Assembly: GCA_964016885.1 (NCBI GenBank)
Contig: OZ024743.1
Span: 97,588,001 to 97,652,000 of the forward strand
DNA: 64,000 nucleotides
DNA from: Eledone cirrhosa
Lineage: Eukaryota
Reading direction: 5' to 3'
Shown here: positions 12,660 through 26,333 of the stretch, piece after piece
Numbering within the stretch: position 1 is the stretch's first letter
How the letters are laid out: each line of letters starts with the position of its first letter
Notes under the pieces: generated by a model
Seen by the model: the letters and a program-made list of their open reading frames with translations, nothing else
Told to the model about the DNA's origin: nothing
Database searches by the model: none
Made by a program: the position numbers and the translations under genes

Positions 12660-14136
12660 ACTTCTCTCTCTTTCTCCCCCTCTATCACCATTGAGAATTC
12701 ATCATTTATATAAATTTCTAATTAAGTATTAATACAACGTTTGTAAAGCGTTTAAATATTGCCCAGAAAACTAGTTATTGAGAATTAAGAACGAATAATT
12801 CATTTGTTTGTAATTATCTTTTCCGATTCAAATTTAAATCTAAGTTTCCTGTAAATACTCAGTCACTAACGTATGAAACGATGATTAATGCAATATGATG
12901 ATGATGATGGGGATGATGATGATGATGATGTTGGTGGTGATGATGAGGATAATAATAATAATAGTAATAACAATAATGATAATAATGATATTAATAATAA
13001 ACATGAAAGTTACTGACGCTGTTTTCTTTTTTCTCCTGTTGATATAAAACAATTACCAGGAAGACATTCCTCTTATGTCTGGAAGTTGAGACATTTTTAT
13101 TATTTTGTGTTCATTTCAATTTTTCTTTTCTTTTTGTTTTCAGTTTTTCACGACTTTTTCAATCAATCAATTATAGTCTTCTCTTGATGTCTAGAAATTA
13201 TTTACTTATCAAAACTGTCTTCTTCCTGCTCCTGTTAAGTTGGTCAACATGCTGCACTAACCTTTGATTTTGTTGCCAACAAAGCTGTGACTGATGTTAT
13301 GTGAAGATGTGTGGCGTGGTGATACGTGCGAAGAACTGGGCTTACTTCCTTGACCCTGCGTTGAGTTTTGACCTTCAGCAAGACATTTTATTTCATTTTG
13401 ATCCAGTCAATTCAGTCAAAAAGTGAGTTAAGATGACATTGGTGCCAAAATATATCGGCTTTTTTCTTTCACGCGGAAAACATCTGTGACGTGAGAGAGA
13501 AGATTAGCACGTATGAGTTACTTCCGCAAACCACTTCGCCCAGAGTTGTATCTTGGAGAGATACACTTATGGTCACTCAACCATGGATGTATAGTACTTG
13601 GTCCATCATAAGCGAAGCGGGACGTTTCCTTTCCTTCGTTCTTGTTTGTGTCGTATATTTTCAAACAGCTATGCTTACAATCGGTGCATGTAATTGATGT
13701 TTGCCATTTCAAATTAATGAAAAGGACTATGTTGATACTACGTGCATCCGCATCATTTTCAAAATAGAACTCCTTCATGTTAGGTACTATCGTGTTGACT
13801 TTGTTGCTTTTGTTGTTGTTGGTGTTGCTATTGTTGTTAAGGTAATTGTGGTAGGGGGGCTATCGTCTTAGTGGTGGTTGCTTTTTGTGTTTCTCGTTAT
13901 TTCTGCTGCTGTTTAGCGCTCTAGTGACATCTCACTGAAACCATATATGCTCAGTGGCGTTCTAGCCATGACTATCTTGTCAATTTGTATATTAAGTACA
14001 GCATCCTTTAATATATCACTATATATTTTGCTGCTGTTTGATTTATATTCTAATAAATACGTATTTATTCTGAAGCAGCAAAAATGTTTGACAAATTGTT
14101 TCAGCATTGTTAGACCAAAGGTTTGTAATATAACAT

Positions 14137-14310
14137 TGTTTCTACATTTGGCACAAGGCCAGCATTTATCCCAGTACATTCACTGGTACTTTATTTTATC
14201 GACCCCATAAGGACGAAAAGCAAAGTTAACCTCGGCGGGATTTGAACTCAGACCATAAAGGGCCGTAACTCTTTGCTGCAAAGCATGGCGTCCGACACTC
14301 TACCGATACA
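14137..14310 (-). mobile_element. tRNA-derived SINE with a Meta-like central domain
   Basis: Minus strand: GAGTTCAAATCC B-box followed by a TTTGCCTTTCATCCTT..GGGGTCGATAAAATAAAGTACCAGT-type segment. Many copies in the window. Confidence 0.8.
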
Positions 14311-15259
14311 AAGAAAGCTCTTTTCCATCCCGCATGAAAAATAAAGAAAATCGAAATAACAGTTAATTCTTATTCAGTGTTATCATGTATGTTATTACTG
14401 TTGTTGTAGCTGATGTCCCACATCAGCTCCAGCCGAGAAGACATTTCATCAAAAGCGTTACGATCATAATTCTTCTTTTTTTTTTTTTTTCATATCGGCA
14501 GTGTATATTCAAGTAAAAAAAAGTGTCATTTGAGCGAGATTTTGTTGCTATTTATAAGGGGTTAAACAACCCCCTAAATGTTATTGGGTTAGAAGTATTC
14601 AAGATGATGATGTATCATTTTTTTTTCTCCGCTCACTCCACGTCCAAGTAAGAATGATGAAAGCTATTCAAAATATATCTAACAATCGGGTTAGAATCTG
14701 TAGCGTTACAAATTCCATACACCTTTCAATCAGCCAATAATAAAATCTACCTAAATATGTTGCTCTCAAAATAGATTTCTTTCGTCGCTTTCTAATATAT
14801 ACTCCTACAAAATGAAATCTTTTTACATATATTCTTAAATATTGAAAAACTTGGAAAGCTGTCGCATTTAAATAATTCTACATTCCTATTAACAACTTTT
14901 ACAAAATAATTCATATAGCATACATTATTCACACATACACACATACATACATACACACATACATACACATGTACACACATACACATATATACACATTCAC
15001 ACATACACATACACACATATACATATACATACACATATACATACACATATACATACACACACATACACACGCGCGCGCACGGAAACGTTTTTGTTATGAC
15101 ACTTTTCAACTTGACTTGAATATGCATACAGACATATATATATAATATATATTTGCGTATATGTCTGTGTGTGTGTGTTTGTTTGTGTGTGTGTGTGTTT
15201 GTGTGTGTGTATGTGTTTCTGTGTGTGTGTGTGTGTGTTTCTGTGTGTTAGTGTGTGTG

Positions 15260-15309
<50 letters not shown>

Positions 15310-15622
15310 CGTGTGTGTGTGTGTGTGTGTGTAAGTGTATGTGTGAGTAAGTGTGTGTGTTCGTATTATATTCAGATCTAGTCATTTTTTAAACCGAAAA
15401 GGAAAACAGAACACAAAATTGATGATTGATACATGAAGGAATTTACTGGGTTTCTTTCAAGGTTGCTAAGATATTTTAAGAAAGTGAGCTGCTTGTTCAC
15501 TAAGCTTCTTTAGAGGAATCTAGTTTCTTATCCAATGATTAACAAAGAATGTGAATAAATGAAATTATATCTTCTTCTTCTTCTTCTTCTTCTTCTTCTT
15601 CTTCTTCTTCTTCTTCTTCTTC

Positions 15623-15829
15623 ACTCATTTATTCCTGGCGGTGTCGTCGAGGCAGAGTCCTCAATTATGTCTAATACATCTGGCTGGATAACCAAACGAG
15701 ACCAGTGATCTCTCTATTCGGAGAAGTAACGGCTCTAGCTGGAGCAACTCTCTGACCTCCGAGCTATGCACTCTATTCAGTAACGTTGCTCTACCTGCCC
15801 GTTCGAGGAGTCCCATTTCGGCGGCTTGT
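15623..15829 (-). mobile_element. RTE-clade LINE 3' remnant next to a (GAA)n tract
   Basis: QAAEMGLLERAGRATLLNRVHSSEVRELLQLEPLLLRIERSL resembles the RTE/Expander post-RT region. (TTC)n at 15570-15622. Confidence 0.7.
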
Positions 15830-16317
15830 GTGTGTGTATAAACATATTTCTGTATACGTATAGTTGACGAATTTCTACACAGTTTTTCCGCCTCCAAAAA
15901 TTTACTTTTAGGGTATTGGTCAATCCGACGCTACTGTACAAAACATACCAATGTTTCAGTTCGTTGGTATCGAACCAGTATCGAAGGGGTTGTGAACGTT
16001 TTAACGACTCATCTATAACAACGCATCTTTGTCTTTTCCTCTCTATCTCTTTCTTTCATGTTCTTTCTTTCTCTTCCTTGTTTCTTCCTCCCCTCTATTT
16101 GTCTACTCATATAATCATGGGTGGGTGATAGAGAGATAATGTCATTGTGGGTATGTGTATATATGTATGTAATGTAGAAAGTTGAGAAAGATGGTAGTAT
16201 CGCTTTAAAGTGTCTGGCTTTTTATTAACATGTATATATGCTTATTCTGAATGGTAAATACAAAATTACACATTAATTTTTCCATTTTTGTATTTATCTG
16301 ATTGTTTATCGCTTGTG

Positions 16318-16496
<179 letters not shown>

Positions 16497-16527
16497 GTAT
16501 ATATGTATATATATATATATATGTGTG

Positions 16528-16560
<33 letters not shown>

Positions 16561-16648
16561 ATATGTATATATATATGTGTGTATATATATATATATATAT
16601 GTGTGTGCGTGTGTGTATATATGTTTATGTATATATATATATACATAA

Positions 16649-16695
<47 letters not shown>

Positions 16696-16738
16696 CATAT
16701 ATATATATATATACATAAACATACACACGCACACAGAG

Positions 16739-17340
<602 letters not shown>

Positions 17341-17392
17341 TATTTATTAAAATATCGAGCCCTCTTTCGATTTTAGTCTTCAAATTTATTAT

Positions 17393-17465
<73 letters not shown>

Positions 17466-17471
<6 letters not shown>

Positions 17472-17887
17472 TAATAAATAGAAACTATATTTATAAAACC
17501 ATAATTATTTTATTATATATATTTCAAGGGCGACCAAGGTAAATTATGGTGCGCTTTCATCAGATAAAATACAGATTTGTTTTATAAACAAATATTGACA
17601 TACCCAGAAAAAAGACAACCTCAACGGTTAAAATTCGCGAATTTATATCTTTTTTCCGGGTATGTCAATATTTATTTATAAAACAAATCTGTATTTTATC
17701 TGATGAAAGCGCACCATAATTTACCTTGGTCGCCCTTGAAATATATATAATAAAATAATTATGGTTTTATAAATATAGTTTCCATTTATTAATATATTGT
17801 ATATTTACTCCACCTCTTGTTGAGTGCTTTATATCAGTTATAAAAATGTTTAAGCTTGTTGAATCCCAACAAATTAAATATAACCTC

Positions 17888-17890
<3 letters not shown>
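17466..17890. mobile_element. Family A fold-back with hammerhead folds at 17692-17757 (+) and 17506-17571 (-)
   Basis: TATTTTAT CTGATGA aagcgcacc..ggtcgccctt GAAA tatata TA ATAAAATA, with a perfect 8-bp stem I. Confidence 0.85.
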
Positions 17891-17957
<67 letters not shown>

Positions 17958-17958
17958 C

Positions 17959-17993
<35 letters not shown>

Positions 17994-18497
17994 GTAACAG
18001 TGTATATACCCAGGAATACCGTGGGCGCTTTAGGAGAAACCCTGCTTTAATTAAAATAATGCGTAGATAATTTAGAAATCTCATTTGAATTTATACTTCG
18101 TTTGCTACGTGTCTGAGCAACAAACGTTTTAGAACGAGACACTCATTTATTTTCAGTTCCTTGTGCCTTCCATACAAGTAATTCCGATTTTAACATAATC
18201 AGGCATATTCGCTTTTTATCTCTTGAATTTTCTCTAATTATTTATTCTTTTATCGCTCATATCTGCTAATTATTTCTCATGAATGTTATTACTAATCAGC
18301 ATCAGATATGATTATGGAACGATAAGAAAGATTCCATGTTCTTCTAAAGTATCCTCTAGCATATATTCATAAAGAAACATATATGCAGGCAAATATAGAC
18401 GTATATAACGCATATATGTATATATTTATATATATATATGTATATATACATATATATATATGTGTGTGTGTGTGCGTGTGTTTGTGTATGTATGTAA

Positions 18498-18710
18498 GAG
18501 GTAAACAGAAATAACAACACAATCGGTACAGTATATGGAAGGGATATATTAGGTTAACGCTTGATATAGCAGGAAGAGGGTCTTAACGTTTCTGACGCTA
18601 GTCCTTCATCAGAAGAAAGAATGAGAAATATAATAGATTGAGGGGACGTGCGGGATGGAATTGGAAAAAATGTCTTTAGATAAAAATAACAGGTCCATTC
18701 ATTTTGATAT
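18498..18710 (-). mobile_element. Family C copy with a hammerhead fold at 18581-18616
   Basis: tctt CTGATGA aggactagcgtca GAAA cg TT aaga. Stem II is decayed. Confidence 0.7.
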
Positions 18711-18900
18711 ATATGTATATATTTCCCAAATCGAAAAGAATGACTTCACTTGTAGTTGTAAACAATTTCATTTCATAATATTATAATTCTACAATTTGGT
18801 TTTGAAGACCTAGTAAGTTCTTTGCTAACTTCAATGGGGAGACTGCTTAAGGATTCCTGGTTAGCTTTCCTGGCGAACCTCCTCGCAATCGTCTGTGGCG

Positions 18901-18996
<96 letters not shown>

Positions 18997-19369
18997 TAAA
19001 ATTAACAGATTAAAGTTTAAGCAAAGAATCGCTGCTTTCACCCTTAACGGGATCTTCTGAAACTAACAAAGTCAATCTGTAAACGCAGAAGTGGATATTT
19101 CAAAAAACGTTGCAACCGGAGGAAGACAGGAAGACGATACTTTGGTTCGTGGAAAGATTCGCTGGCAAAGAACGGGAAAAAACGAATATAATACGTCATT
19201 AATAGGAGCGGTGAAAAACTATTACGCGCAAAGACAGAACCACATTTATGGTATAAAAGAGGTCGTAGACTAATGTTCTTTTAGGTGGTTCATAGAGACG
19301 TTCCCTGGCAATGAACGAAAAAAACGAAGATAATACGTCATATGTGGATCGGAGAACAAAGCATATAAT

Positions 19370-19900
19370 ATGGAGGTGGCCACACCATTAGCTAAGATCT
19401 TTCTTTCCCTTATTACGAAGCATTTTACCCCTACACATAAATATAGTAAAATTTTTAAGAGAAATACTATTAAAATGTCTTACTCTACGACTCCTAACCT
19501 TGCACATAACATCACAGCTTCAAATTTAGCTAACCTACCTAGCCGTAGGAACACGTGCAACCCTGTAGTTAGTACTAACTGTAATTGTAAGAATCGGGTT
19601 GATTGCCCCTATCCGGGAAATGCCTCTCTAGTAACATTGTCTACAAATGTAAGGTTGTAACACCCACGTCCCGTAGAGCCTACATAGGGTTAACCGCCAA
19701 TAGATTCAAGCAGCGTCTTTACATGCATACCCATTCTTTTCGTTGCCCTCTAAGAAGGAATTTGACGTCACTTTCAGCTTATATCTGGAGTCTAAAAGAC
19801 AACCACACCCAATATAAGTTACACTGGGAGATCCTAGCTAGGGCTAGATCGTATAACGTAAACATAAATTGCACAAAACTTTCCTGTATTACAGCCCCAC
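19370..19900 (+). pseudogene. Penelope-like ORF C-terminus: linker, CxCx5C knuckle and GIY-YIG endonuclease, frameshifted at ~19612
   Basis: KHF..HKYSKIFKRNTIKMSYS; CNCKNRVDCP / LSGKCLSSNIVYKCKV....AYIGLTANRFKQRLYMHTHSF...TSLSAYIWSLK. Confidence 0.85.
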
Positions 19901-20853
19901 GTTATACCCTAACGGATAGTACGATTTATACGTGGATATTTTACGTCTTGATGTGGGAGCTAAGTATATGTTTTGTTTATACCATTACTTATTTGCATAG
20001 GTAAGTATTTTTTACCCGTATGTTTTGTGAAGGTACGTATACCTTCCCGTACGTATATTTGATTGTTTATGTTATGGCGTATAATTTTATATATTCTGGT
20101 ACATATGGTTTGGCTATGTGTATACGGGAGTTTTGCGTCTGTGTGAGTATGCAGGTTCGTACGTATGTAGGGTGTGTGTATATGTGTACTTCTTGTTTTG
20201 GTTGACTTACGTCTCCGAACATTCGTGTATTTACATGTAGGTATGTGTGTGCGCTTGTTATATACGTATTTATTTATTTATATACAGTTATATAATTATT
20301 TATTTATTTGTATACACGCATACACACACACACATATTTATATGTGCGTGGTTTTGTATACCTATGGTAAGTGTTTTGCGTATGATTGTGTATGTACGTA
20401 TTTGGTTGCGTGTATGTATTTATTTATTTCTATTACTTCTGTATTGTATTTATTTACTTTGTTCTTAACTCTGTAGCGGAGATTCATTCGGTCTCCTTGT
20501 TAGAATTTTAGTCTACTTTTGCTATACCATTTACGTGGTTTTGTCTTTGCGTGCTTTGTTCTCCACGCTCCACATATGACGTATTATCTTTGGTTTTTTT
20601 CGTTCATTGCCAGAGAACGTCTGTATGAACCACCTAAGAGAACATTAGTCTACGACCTCTTTTATACCATAAACGTGGTTCTGTCTTTGCGCGTAATTGT
20701 TTTTCACCGCTCCTATTAATGACGTATTATATTCGTTTTTTCCCGTTCTTTGCCAGCGAATCATTCCACGAACCAAAGTATCGTCTTCCTGTCTTCCTCC
20801 GGTTGCAACGTCTTTTGAAATATCCACTTCTGGGTTTACAGATTGACTTTGTT

Positions 20854-20904
20854 AGTTTCAGAAGATCCCCTTAAGGGTGAAAGCAGCGATTCTTCGCTTA
20901 AACT
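20854..20904 (+). ncRNA. Hammerhead-like fold with variant core CAGAAGA in the pLTR (mirror 19014-19064; related copies ~7563-7612, ~26437-26488, ~37640-37688)
   Basis: AGTTT CAGAAGA tCCC-cttaa-GGGt GAAA gcag-cgattct-tcgc TT AAACT. Confidence 0.65.
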
Positions 20905-20986
20905 TTAATCTGTTATTTTAATAAATATTTGCTCTACGGTTCTTATATATTTGATATATATTTATCCTTATCAAATTTATTATTAT

Positions 20987-21029
<43 letters not shown>

Positions 21030-21044
<15 letters not shown>

Positions 21045-21363
21045 CCCGTTCTGTGTGTGTGTGTAAAAGAGTTTCACTTGGAAAATATTCCATCGATCTC
21101 TGTCAAATTAAACACATAGCCAAAATAGGCTACCGTTTGTAACATCAAGAAAAAATTATTTCATAATGATTAATTTCGAAGTCACAAACTTCGATTTTAT
21201 AATCTTATAGACTTTTGCACTAACAAATTCCATGACGGCCATAAAGAGAGAGAGAGCGTTCCTTTTACACACTTCTTAACTCTCCCCCTTCCACAACACG
21301 ACGTTATGGGATTGTATGTGTATGTGCGTGTGTATATGTGTGTGTATGTGTGCGTGCATGTGT

Positions 21364-21410
<47 letters not shown>

Positions 21411-21927
21411 TTCCATAACGGCTAGAGAGAGAAGGATGTGTGAGAGGGAGATAGAAAGAGAGGAGAGAGTAAAATAAAGAAAGAGAGGAGTGTGTGTGAC
21501 GTGAATATGATAAATACAGCGTTTATAATTTTAACTTATTTATTACACTTCTTAACTCTCCCCCTTCCACAACGTCACGTCTTGGGATTGTGTGCGTATG
21601 TGTGTGTGTGTATGTGTGTGTGTTTGTGTGTGTATGTGTGTGTGTATGTTTGTGTGTGTATGTGTGTGTGTGTACATGATGGATGTTTTAAAATACACAT
21701 TGTTCAACCGACACGGCTAACGGTACATTTCTCTATGTTCACATTTTAATGACACATATCTGTAAATAAAACTTGCTCTTTTTGAATACCGTCTCATTTT
21801 TTTTTATTGAAAGAGTTGATCAGGTAAAATTATCCTCCAAGTTAAACATACAACACGGAAATTGACCATTAACATTGCAGCCCTACCAAGAACTGACACC
21901 GTCCAATGGACGGGGGTCATTTGCTAG
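21030..21927 (+). mobile_element. Non-autonomous Helitron-like element
   Basis: 3' hairpin CCGTCC-aat-GGACGG lies ~10 nt before a terminal CTAG followed by T. Internal direct repeat (~21266-21320 / 21543-21595) and (TG)n. The 5' end is obscured by (TA)n. Confidence 0.6.
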
Positions 21928-21941
21928 TATATATATATATA

Positions 21942-22165
21942 AAGAAAAGAAAACGAAAATGCAACTGGAGCCTTTTTCTCGAGAAAATCCACAAACCCTC
22001 CATCTCAATTCTACTTTTGAAAAGCATAGGGACTGTGAAACCGGTAAAGGAAACAAATAAATATTCTTAAAAAAGACTCCAGTTGCATTTTCGATATCTT
22101 TTTCTTATACCTTCACTCGTGTAGGACATCTCATTTTTCTCATAGAAAAAACTCATTTTATCTTA
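21942..22165 (+). mobile_element. Family L copy with a short inverted 5' piece; variant hammerhead-like fold at 22009-22052
   Basis: ttc-ta-ctt TTGAAAA gcat-aggga-ctgt GAAA ccgg TA aag-gaa. Homologous to 62437-62735. Confidence 0.65.
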
Positions 22166-22180
22166 TATATATATATATAT

Positions 22181-22388
22181 ATAGGGACGAGCAGGACCCC
22201 GACGGCTGTGCTCAAGCCCTTTCGACGGCTAATTCTGGACTAAATATACTCCAGTATTAGCCGTCGAAACGGCTTGAGCTCGGCCGTCGGGGTCCTACTC
22301 GTTCCTATAACCCACTCTACTACCCTAAGTATTGAGTACTCTGTTGCGTTATGGTCCATCTGGGTCCTTACCACATTTCCTTCGTTAT
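22181..22388. mobile_element. Family E GC-rich fold-back element
   Basis: ggaccccgacggc...gccgtcggggtcc arms. Other copies at 26070-26262, 47840-47902, 48970-49158, 50930-51122, 53915-54046 and 59048-59172, always next to (TA)n. Confidence 0.8.
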
Positions 22389-22503
22389 ATATATATATAT
22401 ATATTTGCTCTAAGGTTCTTATATATTTTATATATATTTAACCTTATCGAGCCCTCTTTGGATTTTAGTCTTCAAATTTATTATTATTACTATATATATA
22501 TAA

Positions 22504-22538
<35 letters not shown>

Positions 22539-22598
22539 CTTATGTATATATATATATGCACACACACACACGCATATATATATACACACAGATACCTA

Positions 22599-22638
<40 letters not shown>

Positions 22639-22755
22639 TACGTAATACATACATATAAATACATACATGCACGTGCATACGTAAACACATACGTTCATAC
22701 ATGCATACATACATCACGGTAGAGACCAGTAACTTGGCTGGGGAATTTTCTTTAG

Positions 22756-22829
<74 letters not shown>

Positions 22830-22974
22830 GTGTGTGGGTGCGTGTGTGTGTGAGTGTCTGTGTGTGCGTGTGTGTGTATAAATATGCATGTATGTACATA
22901 CATACATAATACATACATGCATACATACATTCATACATACATAAATATATATATATATCAATATATATACATAG

Positions 22975-23668
22975 CGGCGATGAATTAGTTTTGCGAGGTT
23001 TTTTATATGAAATCGTGTGTCGAAACAGATATTGTTATATTTGGGGAGGGTCATATTTGCGTAATATTGCCAGAATTAATAACAGAACACACTCACTGTT
23101 TGGTTGGTTTTCGCTTCTCGCTGTCTTTTATATATATATATCTGCGATCTAACTTACTCGGTAAATTAAATTAAATAAAATAAGATAAATAAATACATAC
23201 ACAAGCACATAAACACACACCAGTCACCCAGCAGACACAACACTATCCACACTAGTCACACATCACACATAACACTATACACACACGCAAACGCATGCGC
23301 AAAGAAGACAAAATAAAATAAGATAAACAAACAAGCAAATAAATAAATAAATATATAGACAGACTGAACAAAAAAATGGCGTAGACATACAACACAACAG
23401 GAGGAACAATGAATATAACACCACTGACGATGTTGCAGATGTGCAACGAAAGATTTATGTAAACTATATATATATGTGTTTGTCTATATTGTATCTGTAT
23501 TATTTTTGACCGCCGGTCAGTCAATGGCAACATTGAGGACCGAGTAAGTTAGATCGCAGATATATATATATAAAAGACAGCGAGAAGCGAAAACCAACCA
23601 AACAGTGAGTGTGTTCTGTTATTAATTCTGGCAATATTACGCAAATATGACCCTCCCCAAATATAACA

Positions 23669-23670
<2 letters not shown>
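22975..23670. mobile_element. Family K element: inverted arms (23030-23162 / 23540-23670) with an internal hammerhead fold at 23417-23480 (+)
   Basis: aacacca CTGACGA t GTTGCA gatg TGCAAC GAAA gattta-tg-taaac TA (tata)n tgtgtt. Another copy at 1-106. Confidence 0.75.
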
Positions 23671-23736
<66 letters not shown>

Positions 23737-23737
<1 letters not shown>

Positions 23738-24010
23738 TAGAGGTTATATTTAATTTGTTGGCATACAACAAGCAAAATATTTGTATAACTGATATAAAGC
23801 ACTCAACAAATTATTGGGTAATCCAGGAGATTCCAACCAGAATGGTTGCACTTTTTAAGGGTATGTCAATATTTATTTATTTATAAAACTAACCTATATT
23901 ATATTTTATCTGATGAAAGCGCACCATAGTTTGCTCTGGTGGCCCTTGAAATATGTATAATGAAATAAATATCGTTTTATAAATATAGTTTCCATTTGTT
24001 AATATATTGT
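23737..24010. mobile_element. Family A rearranged copy with a hammerhead fold at 23902-23967 (+)
   Basis: tattttat CTGATGA aagcgcacc..ggtggccctt GAAA tatgta TA atgaaata. Confidence 0.8.
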
Positions 24011-24012
24011 AT

Positions 24013-24104
<92 letters not shown>

Positions 24105-24108
<4 letters not shown>

Positions 24109-24474
24109 TAAATTTAGTCCTTCATTGGTATTTCATCGCTTTAAAGACCATATACCTCTGGTTGGTGCGAGTAACGGCTAAAGAAAGTCGTTGGGACACG
24201 TAAATAGGGAGAACGAGCCAGACAGTAAACAAACAAAGATGGTAATGCAACGAAAAGTGAGGAAGAAGACGTCAAGTCAATCGATGAACATAAGTTCTGT
24301 GAAATCGTGGACGAGAGAGAATAAAGACCATCCAACCTGGTTGAAATGTGAGTAAGGAAAGAATTTCGCACAGGTCAAACGGGAGGAAGAAGGAGTCAAC
24401 TCCCTGAAATCGATGAACATAAGTTCTGTGAAATCGTAGACGAGTGAGAATAAAGACCATCCGACCTGGTCGAA

Positions 24475-24475
<1 letters not shown>
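24105..24475. repeat. Dispersed repeat family O with an internal ~70 bp duplication; second copy at 51190-51500
   Basis: Shared aaagaccatatacctctggttggtgcgag...gggacacgtaaa...aaacaaacaaagatggtaatgcaacg. Flanked by (TA)n. Confidence 0.7.
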
Positions 24476-24534
<59 letters not shown>

Positions 24535-25817
24535 TGTTTATGCGTGATAATGGCCGCCGGGACGGAGGCAAGAAAGTGAGGCATGCATCCTGGAAACAGA
24601 AACAACACCCAGATGTTTGCGGTAGTATGAACCCTCTGCATCCAAGGTGGCAGATTCTCTAGCACACTATAGGCGATTCATGTTGTTTGCTCCATGAAAG
24701 ACACCTCTTCAACCCGATGGTGTTCGACGTATGTTTGTAATTCGTGAAATACATACAGGTAATATTTGGGACTTGGCTCCGATTGAAGATCTCATTGATG
24801 CAACTCTGTACTGAACTTACTTTCAGAGATGGTCACCGTGTGATTTTAGAGCTGCGAACCAACGAACTACATTTAATCGTACTGGACTTCTGTATTATTC
24901 ACGAACAAATTATCCTTACTCTTGTGTCAACGTTGTGTTGCACATTTCACTCACCATATATTTACTATTTTCATGCTTCTGCAGAATCATCTAACATCTT
25001 CCATCGGGTCCAATGAATAAATATCCGGAATAAACCTATTTCCAAATAAATTGAGCATTAATTTGAAAGTTTCTTGTGATAAAGGAATTTGAAAGAATGC
25101 TATTAATGCATGTCTGGCATTCGCAGCTGTCATTATACATATAAGTTGCATACATACGTTATCTCATTATGTTGGACGCCATATAGCATAACTAATGTAA
25201 ACTGTATTGACGCATAGCTTTGCATTAATACAGCGAAATATTGTCTTATTGTAGTCATTGAATATTGAAAATACCTAGTACCATCCTTTTCAAAATCTGA
25301 GACGTCTTCAAACCTCTGTCAAAACTATTTTCTGCTGTGCATAAATCAAGGATAAGAATTATTATGTAATTCGTTAATTAGCAAATTATTTTATTACTAA
25401 GTCACGGGATGGCATGTATTATCTACTAATATCTAACATAGATTGAAACATGAATACTACCTCATCTTTGCTAACATTGTAATCTAGCATCGGTCGAAAT
25501 GTTAGTTATAATAAAAGAAATTAATGAAAACGTTTGGATCGCTCTTCGTACTAGACGTCGTTTCTAAAGTTTCAGTTAAATATATCTCAAAGTCTTAATA
25601 TATCGAAAGGTGCATCAGATTCTGTATTTCTAAAAGCACTGGAGCATCATGGCTGGAACACATTTCTTCATAGATCTGTTCTACCAAAGCTTACCTTCAC
25701 TAAGCAACCAAAATAATATCAAGTAACATTAGTTACTTGATATTAAAGGATAAAATGCTTTCTATTTACTTCTATATTAAAAAAAGTCATTCTAAATCAT
25801 CTATACGTCTTTGATAC

Positions 25818-25880
<63 letters not shown>

Positions 25881-25952
25881 TATCCAGGAGTAACTTGAAC
25901 CGTTAAGGTTATATTATCCTTGGTTATGTCAAATTTTATAAAACGCCCTTCG

Positions 25953-26014
25953 TATTTTATCTGATGATAGCGTACCAAAATTGTTGGTACCATTGAAATA
26001 TATATAATAGAATA
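25953..26014 (+). ncRNA. Type I hammerhead fold, family A variant with a different stem II
   Basis: TATTTTAT CTGATGA tagc-GTACCAA-aattg-TTGGTAC-catt GAAA tatata TA ATAGAATA. Confidence 0.7.
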
Positions 26015-26262
26015 AAAATGATTTTATAAATATAGTTTCCATTTATTTAATATCATTGTATATATATATATAGGAAAAAGTATGACCCCAACGGCAGAGC
26101 TCAAGCCGTTTCTACGGCTATTTCAGTCCAGAAGTAGCCGTCGAAACGGCTTGAGCTCTGCCGTCGGGGTCATACTGTTTCCTATTTCCCACTCTACTAC
26201 CCTAAGTATTGAGTACTCTGGTGCGTTATGGTCCATCTGGTTCCTTACCACAATTCCTTTGT

Positions 26263-26333
<71 letters not shown>

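Larger units (their letters stand above)
18993..20990 (+). mobile_element. 5'-truncated Penelope-like retroelement (Naiad-like) with an inverted 5' pLTR and a 3' pLTR (family I)
   Basis: 18993-19363 is the reverse complement of 20553-20924. Internal GIY-YIG remnant. Hammerhead-like fold in each pLTR. Both ends lie in (TA)n. Confidence 0.88.

Noticed and set aside
24535-24700. Possible Tc1/mariner transposase remnant on the minus strand
   Set aside because: Only vague similarity. No catalytic motif or terminal repeats were found.
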